Origin: Piromyces finnis finn
Lineage: Eukaryota; Fungi; Neocallimastigomycota
Assembly (NCBI GenBank): GCA_002104945.1
Contig: MCFH01000016.1
Coordinates: 372,001-436,000 of the forward strand
Direction: 5' to 3'
DNA: 64,000 nt
Positions 47,575 to 58,600 of this stretch are shown here, piece after piece. The notes below the pieces were generated by a model. The model saw nothing but the letters and a program-made list of their open reading frames with translations, made no database searches and had not been told where the DNA came from. How positions within the stretch are numbered: the first letter of the stretch is position 1; each line of letters opens with the position of its first letter. Both the position numbers and the translations under genes were made by a program.

Positions 47575-47747
47575 TCGCTCAGTACCATGAGCTTAGTCCT
47601 AATAATATTTCCAAATAAAGACTAACCAAGCATCCATTGCGCAATACTTGGATTTAATTCTTTCTACTCTCTCAGTACCATGAGCATGAGTAGACCCCCT
47701 TGAGAAACTACATTTATTAAATAAATGAAGGCACGTACCCAAGTGGG
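47575..47747 (-). ncRNA. Structured 5' leader (module X) at the 5' terminus of element B
   Basis: 173 nt ending exactly at the TSD. Consecutive predicted hairpins: CAUUUAU/AUAAAUG, UCUACUC/GAGUAGA enclosing CUCA-UGGUAC-UGAG, CCAAGUAU/AUGCUUGG, UUAGUCU/GGACUAA and GCUCA-UGGUAC-UGAGC. Function is unknown. Confidence 0.6.
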
Positions 47748-47758
47748 AATAGCAAAAG
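47748..47758. repeat. Right copy of the 11-bp target-site duplication AATAGCAAAAG
   Basis: Identical to 41866-41876. Confidence 0.85.
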
Positions 47759-50700
47759 ACATGATTTTGGTTAGAAGTTCCGCGGTTACCGTCAAGAATG
47801 GTGTTCCTTCGTTAGTACCAGATTGAATCTGACGCTTACAAAGTTCTTTCCATTCCCTTGAATTGTAATTAATATTGTTAAAACTTCTTCCCCCAAGAAG
47901 GAATTATTATCTTCACTATTGCTATCATTACTAATATTATTATTTCTACTACTATTATTATTATTATTATTATTGTTATTATTACTATTGTTATTATTAC
48001 TATTGTTAATATTATTAGTACTATTGTTACTATTACTATTACTGTTATTGCTATCTCTGCTGACATTATCAATTTCATTATTATTGATAAGACTATTGGA
48101 ATTACGTTGACTGAAAAAATTTAATAGATGGACTATGGAATCATAATGTTTAATACGGATATCTCTAAATGTTGGACAATCTAATAACCAATGTTTAATA
48201 CTTTGAACACCACACTTGCAACATGGACAGTAGTTAGGACAAACTGGATCAACAAATTTAACAGCTTTGGCAACTCTAGCATCCAACTTGTATCCGCTTC
48301 TTGCTTTCAATAGCCAGTAGAAGCCATAGGCAAACTCTGGGTACTCATAACATAATTTAATAAAATCTTTAGTTTCAATAAATTTATTATCATCATAATA
48401 TTGCGCTTTGATTGAATTCCCTTTGAGATCTTTCCAATAAAAGTTTTTAACTGCTTTAACATCTCCATGTTTCTTTAATTTTTTATCAAGTGTCCTACTT
48501 GATTTGCACCACGTGTATTTTCTAAATTTAGGAATGTAATTGACAAGGTATGAGATAATACAATTTGAGTTTTTCCATTTGTTAAAACATCTAACCTGAG
48601 CTAAAGCACATTTGGCTGACAATGGAGGAATATTCAAATCTTTTGAGATAGAGTATAAAGATATAAACGATACAGCTTTATGAACTCCGGCAACCCATCG
48701 TATTCCTTTGTTAACATGCTTCTGAGCAATTCTAGACCTGGCTTTGTTGGATCCAAGTAATGGTGCAAAGTATGAAACTCTGCTAATCACTTGTGAGTTA
48801 AGTACTAGCTTTTTGAAGGGAATAGGAATATTAGGATTTCTTAAGAATTTACTGACTGAGAAAAGCCCTTTCAAAACCTTGTTATTAAGAGCTTTAATTA
48901 CTGGTTTAAGGGACAGATTCTTATCAAATGGAACACCAAGATAAGTATAACAATCAGTAGTTGGAATGGGTTGTCCTGCTAGTAAAATGTTGGATCTCTC
49001 TTGATCTGATTTTCTATTGATTCAGGACGAATCACCATCGTTGAACATTTCTGGATACCAAATTCCATTTCATTATACAAGGCCCATTCATTAACTCTTC
49101 TTAGCATCTTTTTTAAGCATCCTCTTGTTGGAGCACAAATAACTATATCATCTGCAAAAAGTCCACCACAGCATCGAGTGTCACCTAAACTGACTCCAAG
49201 ATCTTCGCACTCTTTAAATATATCATTAATAAAGAGATTAAAGAGAATAGGAGAAAGAGGGCAACCTTGACGGACTCCTTTCTTCACATCAAAAGATTTC
49301 GAGAACTGTCCATCTAATTTGACATTAGCCTTAGATGTTAAATATAAATTTTTGATGAATTGTAAACTCTTACCTCGGATTCCTAAACAATCTAATTTAT
49401 GGATAATATTACCGATTGGGACTGAATCGTATGCTTTCCTGAGATCTAAAAAGGCCAAATATGTCTCTTTATTATCTAATTGACGTCTACGGCATATTTC
49501 TTGGATTGAAATGAAAAGACTGATACTTTCTTCCTTTTTTCGAAAACCAAATTGTTCAGGTCTAATGAAATTATTCTTTAGACCATATTCTGAGATTCTA
49601 GTGGTGACAATTTTGGAAATCAACTTAATACCATTATTGATAAGTGATATACCTCGATAGTTATCACAATCTGTCAAATCTCCCTTCTTAGGAATAGAAA
49701 CAATACTGGATTCATTCCATGAGTTGGGGAAATCTCCATCCCAAATACGGTTGAATAATTTAAGAATAAAATTTAAACCATGAGCATCATTATCTGAAGT
49801 GGTATTACCGGAAGAATTATTATCTGTAGCATTATTAGAATCATTACTTGATGGAATTAATGCTTTGTAAAATTCAATTGGAATACCATCCGGACCTGAT
49901 GCTTTATAATTTGGAGTAGAGAGGATAGCTGACTTGACTTCATCAATACTAATATCTTGGTTGATATCCCACTCATCAAGCATAGGAAGTGAAAAACGTT
50001 TATTCATTGGTTCTTCATACCAATGCTCCAAATCAAGACTTACACCACTTGGATCTGATGCAAGGTTTTCGAAATGATCATGCCACACATCTAGTTGTTC
50101 TTCCGTAGCAACAACTAATTCTCCATTTTTATTTTTAATTGGTTGAGCAATAAAGAAAGAATATTTTCCAATTTTTGCAGTTTTCTTGATCCATTTCCAG
50201 GCCTTCTTAGGATTATGACTCTTCATATACTCACATTCTGTTTTAATCCAATGAAGATATTCTTGCTTCCTAAATTCATTACATCTTTTGTGGATGTATT
50301 CGATGAGCTTACGGTAGATTTTAATTCTTTTAATAAATTCATCTATATCATAAATTCTTTCTTTTTTAAATCTCTTATACAACTTCATTTTGATTTTTTG
50401 AAGATTAAAAATTTGTTGTGAAATATGAAATGAAGACTTTATAACATTATTTGCTGAGGTAATACTGAGCTCGTCTGCAATTGAAAAAGCAGTTGAAGTA
50501 AACTCTTTGGAAAGTTCATCTGTAGAAACATTAGGATCGTTGAATTTTGCTGAAAGTATTTGGAATTTATTATGACTGAGAATAGATTCCTTTTCCTCAA
50601 TACATTTTAATCTATTCCATTTCAGAATTTTCTTAGGAACATTAAAGTCAATAGAAAAATCATCCATAGGAATAATTTACCATTAATAAGAAGTGGCTTA

Positions 50701-52049
50701 TGGTCTGATACAGGATAAAAATTATTTATAAATGATCCTGAGTGAATAAGATCTTTCATCTTCGAATTGATAAGAGCATGGTCAATGTCGGAAGATTGAT
50801 CACCTCGAGTCCAAGAGATAGTAGACCCTCTAAGCGGAAGAATTTCCCAATCTCCTAATCCATTAGTTGATAACCAGTTGGATAATTTTACTTTAGACAT
50901 ATTAAAATCACCAACAAGAATCGATGGATGGGATGAATGAGTTTGTAACCACAAGCGAACTTCTAACTTTGCATGATCAACATAGATGTTGTGATGACTA
51001 TGAGGCATATAAACATTACCAATCGAGCATTTGAATCTATTCCAGAGACTAAAAGTATAAATAGAAATAATATACTTTCCAGAGAAGTTTTCAAGTGAGG
51101 CTTGACATGAATTGTGAAAACCTAAATATAAACCTCTCATTCCCGGAACTGATTCGTCAGCTTTCTTGAAAAAGTGTCTATAGTTTCGCAAAGTAACACG
51201 ACAAGGATAATCTGTATTCGATCCAGAACCATTACCAGTTTCTTGGAAACATAAAAATAATGGTTTGAAAATAGCTGTGAAATAGCTAATGCTATCTCTC
51301 TTTTCGTGATTCCACCCATTGGTGTTCCAACTAAGACAAAAAGAAAAGTTATCAGGCTTGTTGGATGAGGATGAGGAAGAATTGTTGCTATTATTACTAT
51401 TATTAAAGTCATCATTATTAATGGATGATGCATAAGAGGAATAAGTAGAACTATTACTAGATGGCTGTGAAACTGAAGAACTATCAACTATTGAACTGTT
51501 ATCAGAGTTGATAAAACTATTAGAATTAATTGTTGAATGTTGAGATTGAAATTGTGTTTGCTGTAGATCTGGAATATTTTCATGATGGGAAACTTGTTGA
51601 AGATCTTGTTGAAGATCGGATTGTTGATGAGATTGTTGAACTGATTGTTGAAATGATTGTTGAATAGAATGTTGATGTTTATTAGAAATTAAAATTTTAC
51701 GTTTGAGAGTGGAAAAAGTGTATTTGTGATTCCTTCTACTACGAGCTGAAAAGGAAATTGAGGTAACTGAAAGTTTCTTCTTTAACATGTGTAAGATTTT
51801 AATACAATCTTTTGATGAACCATGAACCTTGACTAAGAAAAAGTGATCATTGAAAGTCTGAAAATATTTAACACTAATAACTGAATTAAATTTATCTTCT
51901 AGAATAACCTCGAGTTTTTCCCATAGCATATTTACTGACCATGATCGAATACCACGGATAAAGAAGGAGCGAATATCATCTAAGGGGATACCATAAGACC
52001 GGGTACCACGTCTGATATAATTCTTGTCTTTAATATAAAGGACTGACAT
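47748..52049 (-). pseudogene. Element C ORF (RRM-like N-terminus, APE endonuclease, RT, CCHC), frameshifted
   Basis: Frameshifts near 50680 and 48980, plus an apparent deletion or frameshift near 47930 relative to A1. The C-terminus is cut off by element B. Confidence 0.85.
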
Positions 52050-52645
52050 GATAATAAATTCTAATTAAAAATATTGAATATAAAATAAATACTAATAAAA
52101 ATTATAAATATAACGTATATGGAAAAAAAAATCTGTCTCTCTCTCTCTTCTTAAAAGTACTGGATAGTACAAAAATTGTTACGATGCTTTGTTTAAAGTT
52201 TCTTTTTTTTGAATTCTAGTTGTAAATTTTCTTTAAAAATTCTAGTTTTGGTTTGTTGTTAGTAAATTCGAATCGCTTTTTGACACTAAACTTGTTTGAC
52301 TTTACTTTTCATTAAATATTTAAATTGGTAAAAAATTTGAATCAAGAATGTCGACACCAGAAAGCTTGTGAATAGTATTTTTACATGATGTAGAGTGAAT
52401 CAGTCTCTTACAAGAAACAATACAACAATAGCTACATGAATATAAAAATACAATGCAAATGCTAAAGTTGACTACATTGGATTCTTACAAGAGAAGAGTA
52501 GTACTACATGAATACATGAATAAAAGAAAAAATACAGCAACAAAATGTATTACTCTTCTAATTAAATACTATACAAACTTACCTGAATATCAAACATTCA
52601 ACTTATTCATCAAATACTCAATTCGATGAATAAAATGTTTTTTAA

Positions 52646-52938
52646 TCGCTCAGTACCATGAGCTTAGTCCTAATAATTTTCCCTTAAGACTAACCAAGCA
52701 TCCATTGCGCAATGCTTGGATTTAATTCTTTCTACTCTCTCAGTACCATGAGCATGAGTAGACCCCCTTGATAAACTCCATTATTAAATAAATGAAGGCA
52801 CGTTCCTAAGAGGGCACCAAGCATCCATTGCGCAATACTTGGATTTAATTCTTTCTACTCTCTCAGTACCATGAGCATGAGTAGACCCCCTTGAGAAACT
52901 ACATTTATTAAATAAATGAAGGCACGTTCCCAAGAGGG
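52646..52938 (-). ncRNA. Module X at the putative 5' terminus of element C, with a ~122-bp tandem duplication of its 5' part
   Basis: Near-identical to 47575-47747. The units 52694-52814 and 52817-52938 are tandem copies separated by 2 nt. Confidence 0.6.
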
Positions 52939-52998
52939 AATTTATGGATAATATTACCGATTGGGACTGAATCGTATGCTTTCATGAGATCTAAAAAG
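52939..52998 (-). mobile_element. 60-bp C-family reverse transcriptase fragment abutting the 5' end of C
   Basis: Matches 49394-49453 (FLDLRKAYDSVPIGNIIHK region) with one mismatch. Confidence 0.85.
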
Positions 52999-53890
52999 TT
53001 TAAAGAACATATCATCAATCATCAATATTCACATTCACTGAATTATTAAGAATTATTGTTAACTGAATTATTAGAGTACCTTCAAAAATTCTCACTCACT
53101 TAAAATATTATTATAATGAATATAATAGGTTTAACAATAATTTATTTATCATCTTCCAACCCATCTACTCTCTAACCCTAATCATAAAGCCCTATATCTA
53201 TCCCTTTTTATATGATATTTTCCCCTTTTTTTAAAACAATTTTATTTTACTTTTATTTTTATTTACAAAAATAATTTTTGGTTTATATAAAATTGAATTT
53301 TTGATAAAATATATAAAAATAAAATAATTTCTTTAAAAAAAAAAGCAGTATATTTTTTCATTAGATTATCAAAATCTAATTGTTGAAAAAAAAATTATAC
53401 TAATTAAAGTTTTTAGTTTTGTTTTAATCTACTAAATTTATGTGCTTTTTGAGTTATTGACGCTAATAAATAATTAAAAATTCTATTAAAACTATGAATT
53501 GTAATAAATAATAAAATAAAATAAAAAAAAAGAAATAAATATTAAAAATTGAAAAGAACATTTGTTATTACTATAAAATAACAATTTAATTATTAAACTA
53601 TTTATAAATAATGAAAAATGAAATATTAAAATATGTTATCTGAAAATTAAAATATAAAAATTAATACTATAAATTTAAATTCATTTTAATATTATTTAAA
53701 ATTAAGCTATATACTTCTTAATGTTAATAATATTAAATTATCAATTAAATTATCTGGTGTATTGGTATTATTATTACATAATAATTAATAATAATACCTC
53801 TAAATATACGTTTATATTTATATATATAATATTATTTCAAGTAAATTTTTCATACTTTACTTAAAATATATATTTAGAATAGTAACTTGT

Positions 53891-55642
53891 TTAGTTTTCT
53901 TCATCGTCAACTATATCAATACTAACTTCTTTTTCTAAAGTCTTTTGTGGCTTTGATGGAATATTAGCAACATTTTCATTATTAACTTCTTTTTGTTCCT
54001 TCTTGGAAAGACTACGCTTAATATTTTCACTAGTAGCATTCATTCCACGCTTAATATTTTCGCCAGTTGCACTCATTCCGCGTTTAATATTTTCAAAGGA
54101 TGCTGGAGAAACTTTCTTTAATGCAAAACCACCAACACAGAGAATAGCAGCAGCACCAATTACACTACCAGTACCAATAATTCCAACAGAATTGCTCTTA
54201 TTTGCTTCTTCAATAGAAGCGTTAACATTTTGTTCTTGTTGAGCAAGAGCTTCTTTTTTCTTCTTAAGAATTTCAGCTTCTTTTACAAGAGCATCTTGTT
54301 CTTTAGTTTTGGCAACTTCTTCTCTAATAATAGCATTTTGTTCTCTTTGGATAGCTTCTTGTTGTCTTCTAAGAGCTTCCTTTTCTGATTGCTTAATTTC
54401 TTCTTCTCTTAATTTAGCATCTTCTTCATTGTTTTGCTTTCTAAATTCTTCAGCAAGTGTTTCCTTTTCTTTTTTAATTTCTTCTAAGTTTTTAATAGCA
54501 TTTTTTCTTTCGGTTTCAGCTTCTTCAGCTTCCATTTTAGCATCTTTTTGTTCTTGTCTATATTTCTCAATTTCTTGCTTAACAATTTTCTCTTCAGCAT
54601 CAATATAAATTAAATATTCATTACTAGATATGTCAGTTGGAATTTCATTATAATATTCAGTTTCATATAATGTAACTGTTTCAGTTTCAGTTATAGAATC
54701 TGAAGTAGTTTTGAAAGTTAATTCATTATTTTCACTTGGTTCCTTAATTTCTTCTTCTCTAGTAATAGTTTGTTGTTGAGTGGTAGTTGGTTGTTGAGAA
54801 GTGGTAGTAGTGGTTGATTGTTGAGAATTAGTAGTTGGTCTTTGAGTGGTAGTTGGTTGTTGAGAAGTGGTAGTAGTGGTTGGTTGTTGAGAAGTAGTAG
54901 TTGGTCTTTGAGTGGTAGTTGGTTGTTGAGAAGTAGTAGTTGGTCTTTGAGTGGTAGTAGTAGTAGTGGTGGTGGTGGTAGTAGTGGTAGTAGTGGTAGT
55001 TGGTCTTTGAGTAGTGGTAGTGGTAGTTGGTCTTCTAGTAGTAGTAGTGGTGGTGGTGGTAGTTGTTGATTTTCTGGTAGTGGTGGTTGTTTTTCTTTGT
55101 GTTGTTGCTACATTAATCTCAGCATCATTATTTGGAACATACATATTAACTGAAGAACTGGGTTTTGAATCGCTACTTTGAACATTGTCTTTAATTTCAA
55201 GACTACAAGCTTCACTGCTAGATATAGTTATTAAACTATCACAACTAACGGATTCCCAAGTAACATCGACAACACCAAGATTTGGATCGGCGATTTTCTT
55301 GAAAAGTGGAAGACTTACATCAATAGCACCTTCAGCACAAGATGGGCATTTATCAATAACTCTACCAATAATACTTTTACCTTCGTGTGTAACTTTAATA
55401 CAAGTATTACAAATTTGAGCTGAATTTGGATTGGCTGCATTTGTAAGAGTTCTATCATATTGAACATAATTCATAGCAACATAATATTGAGTATTAAAAT
55501 TAACAAGACCACAAGCTGGAATTGCCATATCTGATGGACAATCTTCAGCATTACCATAGTAAGTCATTCTACCTCTTCCACTAATAGCGAAAGCACCAGC
55601 TACACTTGTAGCTAATAAAGATAAAGTATTGTATAATTTCAT
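53891..55642 (-). CDS. Expansin/loosenin-like DPBB (RlpA-like) protein: signal peptide, DPBB, Thr-rich stalk, coiled coil, TM and cytoplasmic tail
   Basis: MKLYNTLSLLATSVAGAFA signal peptide; GRMTYY..PACG..YYVAMN..ICNTCIKV..VIDKCPSC..GAIDVS..F..IAD..GVVDVTW; TM GIIGTGSVIGAAAILCVGGFAL. Single exon, 583 aa. Confidence 0.87.
   Translation of the reverse strand: MKLYNTLSLLATSVAGAFAISGRGRMTYYGNAEDCPSDMAIPACGLVNFNTQYYVAMNYVQYDRTLTNAANPNSAQICNTCIKVTHEGKSIIGRVIDKCPSCAEGAIDVSLPLFKKIADPNLGVVDVTWESVSCDSLITISSSEACSLEIKDNVQSSDSKPSSSVNMYVPNNDAEINVATTQRKTTTTTRKSTTTTTTTTTTRRPTTTTTTQRPTTTTTTTTTTTTTTTTTQRPTTTSQQPTTTQRPTTTSQQPTTTTTSQQPTTTQRPTTNSQQSTTTTTSQQPTTTQQQTITREEEIKEPSENNELTFKTTSDSITETETVTLYETEYYNEIPTDISSNEYLIYIDAEEKIVKQEIEKYRQEQKDAKMEAEEAETERKNAIKNLEEIKKEKETLAEEFRKQNNEEDAKLREEEIKQSEKEALRRQQEAIQREQNAIIREEVAKTKEQDALVKEAEILKKKKEALAQQEQNVNASIEEANKSNSVGIIGTGSVIGAAAILCVGGFALKKVSPASFENIKRGMSATGENIKRGMNATSENIKRSLSKKEQKEVNNENVANIPSKPQKTLEKEVSIDIVDDEEN
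54010..54100 (-). repeat. 33-bp (11-aa) coding repeat, three copies, in the cytoplasmic tail
   Basis: ENIKRGMSATG / ENIKRGMNATS / ENIKRSLS; cg(c/t)ttaatattttc at 54015, 54048 and 54081. Confidence 0.9.
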
Positions 55643-58600
55643 TTTACGACTTTTTATTAAAATATTAATAAATATTTTTCTTTTTTAATAAATATTTAAT
55701 CCCTTATTTTCTATTAATTTATATCGATAGATAACACTAAAGGATTTTAAATGAATATTTTATTTGTTTGATAGTTCTATTGTTAATAAAATTTATTTTT
55801 TTTTCTATTTAAAAAGCAATAACTTTTTTTTGAAACTAAATAAATTTTATAATTAAAATTAAAATAAATTAAGAAGTTACTGTTTTTTTTAATAAATTAA
55901 ATATAAATCAAAAAATAAAAATAATAAAATATATTAATTTTTCTAATTATTGTATAACTTAAAATGGAAGGAAAACTTTCTCTTTTTATACTTTTTTGTT
56001 TAAGTAAAAAAATGTCTAATATTTAATAAAAAATACACAATTATATAAAAAAAGCTACTTTCATATTTATTATTTTTATTTAAGTAATATATTTAAATAT
56101 ATTATTAACTTTTTAATTAAATTTAAAAATTGTAATAAAAAAATATATATAATTTACTATATATTCATATTACATAGAATTTATATATATCAATATAAAA
56201 ACAATTAATTGTAATATATTGATTAAATATATATATTGACATTTTTGAAAGTGATTAAAAAAATCTTATTTTGTATTATTATATAAATATCAACTTTAAT
56301 GACTGAATTAAAATTTATTTTAAAATATATTATTAACATAATAATATATTGTAATATATATTTTTTAATTTTATAATACTAAAAAATTATAATAATATTA
56401 AATAGTTTCCTAAAATAGAAAGATATATAAAATAATATGTAATAGAGTTAATATATTTCATATATAAATAAGATTGTATGGTTAATATATATTTCTTAAC
56501 TTTATTTAATATTATACTTGATCTTTAATAAATATACTTTTTTGTTTTTTTTTTGTGTAATATTTGTAATATTAATAATCGGATTTTAAAACATAATAAT
56601 GTATACAATTATTTATTATATATTGCTATTAAATAAGATTTCCCATAACTTAATACAATAAGAAAAACATAATGTATATGGCAAATACATTTTTTAAAAA
56701 TAAATCTTATTGGCAGAATTCTATTAATTATTATTTTTAAAATATATCTATTAAAATTAAAAAATAAAAAGTTTTTTTTACTATTGTTATACAAAATTTA
56801 AAATTTTATTTAACACAATTATGTATACATTTAATGTAAGGAAGTTAAAAAAAAAGGAGAATACAATATTTCAGTTTGAATATAGAATATTTTAGAATCA
56901 ATTTAAAATATATTAATAGTTACAACTATATATTTGTTTACAATCTTTAATATTTTGTACATTAATTTATTCTTGTAAATTGTAAATTGTATTTTAAATA
57001 AGATCAAAAATAGAAAATAAAGAAAAACATGATATTCCTCTAATTCATTAAATATTATAAAACAACATTCATGAAATGATAGATAAAGGTTTAATATTAA
57101 ATTATTTAATAATTCTATTTGAACATCTAAAAACTTTTAATAATTTTCTAAAATATAAAAGAAATCTTTAAAGTCTTTAAATCAATCTTAGCAAATAATA
57201 AATAAAATAATAAAATATTGTACATAATATATTTTAATATATTAATGAGGATTAATATTTTAATACAAAAATTTTAAATAAATCAATTTATACAATGCAT
57301 AATAATATATTATCATATATAATAGAATTTATAATTAAAATTTTACTTTTTCACAATATACAATTTGGTAACTTTCTAGTTCAAAATTAAGAATTTTGGT
57401 AAAAAAAATTGAAGCATTTATGAAACTTCTTTACGCAGCAAAAATGATCTATAACTAAGCAGTATTTCAATACCTATATATTTATGCTATATTTTTTATA
57501 ATAATTAAATAACCTATTTAATAATAATATATATTAAAATCCATTAAAAAACTTTCTATTCTAATATTGTTAACTATCTTTTTATTGTAAATTAAATTTT
57601 AAATGAAGAAAATTGATTTTCAATTTTCAAATGTTAAAGAAATTTACATCTTACAATTTGTAAATGTAATAGTCGTAATAAGCCATTCAAAGTTCTTTAT
57701 CTTGACTTTTCATTGGTACAAGTAACAAATAATAATAATTTTGTATACAATTATAAGTAAAAAAAAAATATTATTGAGAATTGCCATTTTTAGTTAAAAA
57801 GAAACATAAATTAAAAATTTTAAAGTTAAAATATAAAATTTTAAACAATTGTTTTAATTATACCATATCTTTTTAAGAATTACAATTGCATTAGAATAAA
57901 TAATATTTTTAAATAAAAATAAACAAACAACAACAAAAGCATATTGATCATTATGATTACATTTATTAATTTGTTAGTACATATATATAGTTTTGAATAT
58001 CACCATTATTATGGTTTTACTCTAAAAAAATAACTGAAAATTTATCCTCTTATACATAATTTTGCAAGTTATGACATAAATAATGAACCAATAATTTTAG
58101 TTGTTATTACATTAATTAAACGATAGGCTATAATATAAACAAAATAAAATAATGTATTACAATTATTTTTAGTTTTTTAATTCACTATTAATGTTTGTAG
58201 TATAATTCTATGCAGGTATATTGTTAAAAAAAGCCATATAATAATAGAATATATTAAACATAGATTTCAAGACTTTTAATTTAATTGGAAATAGTATTTT
58301 ATTATATATGATTAATATATATTAATTGTAAAAATTAATTAAATCTAATGAATGTAGAATTCATGTCAAGTATTAAAAAACATAAATTCCATATTTGGAT
58401 ATTCTTTTAATCAAATGGGAAGATTTATTAATTCTTAAAAATGTATTTAGTGATAAATTTGTATCTTCAAATAATTGGATAATATTATTGTATTATTGTA
58501 GATTGTATTTGTTTATATATTTAATATATTATTAATTTTAAATACATATATTAAATATATATTAAATATTTATCATTTTAATATTATTTTGAGTTTGATG

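Larger units (their letters stand above)
41877..47747 (-). mobile_element. Non-LTR retrotransposon B, full length (about 5.87 kb), inserted in element C
   Basis: Poly(A) tail, TSD on both sides, EN (CWNING..VCLQEVG..VGDFN..CIDH..SDHKP), RT (GVRQGCPLSPILF, LFADD) and CPRVCPCC..HWILEC finger. Confidence 0.9.
41492..52938 (-). mobile_element. Non-LTR retrotransposon C, full length but disrupted; 3' end 41492-41876 and body 47748-52938, split by insertion of element B
   Basis: Poly(T)15 at 41492-41506. The reading ..TKIMSFAI (at 47748) continues as FAIGQQWSMLKRFEA..NFVP* (41876-41743). EN (SWNTNG..FLCFQET..VGDFN..DIDH..SDHKP), RT (GVRQGCPLSPILF, LFADD) and CCHC finger lie in ORFs 50622-52049, 48979-50667 and 47792-48874. 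Confidence 0.88.

Noticed and set aside
47575-47747. HDV-like, hammerhead or twister ribozyme, or U6/snRNA chimera
   Set aside because: No CUGANGA/GAAA core, no nested double pseudoknot with a catalytic C, and no snRNA signature found by eye. An Infernal search is needed to exclude these formally.
52646-52700. Pistol-ribozyme-like pseudoknot (CUUGG-UUAGUC-UUAAG..GACUAA-GC) in the C leader
   Set aside because: The P1 pairing fails in the B copy, P2 and the G-U cleavage context are missing, and a simple hairpin explains both copies.
47575-52938. Module X copies as LTRs flanking an LTR retrotransposon
   Set aside because: No TG..CA ends, PBS, PPT, integrase or gag. The TSD shows the left copy belongs to element B, and the enclosed ORF is APE-RT type with a poly(A) tail.
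53150-53205. Telomere-like taaccctaa in a C-rich patch
   Set aside because: A single unit with no array.
56609-56794. 61-aa ORF
   Set aside because: Non-ATG start, AT-rich composition, and no recognisable motif or splice context.
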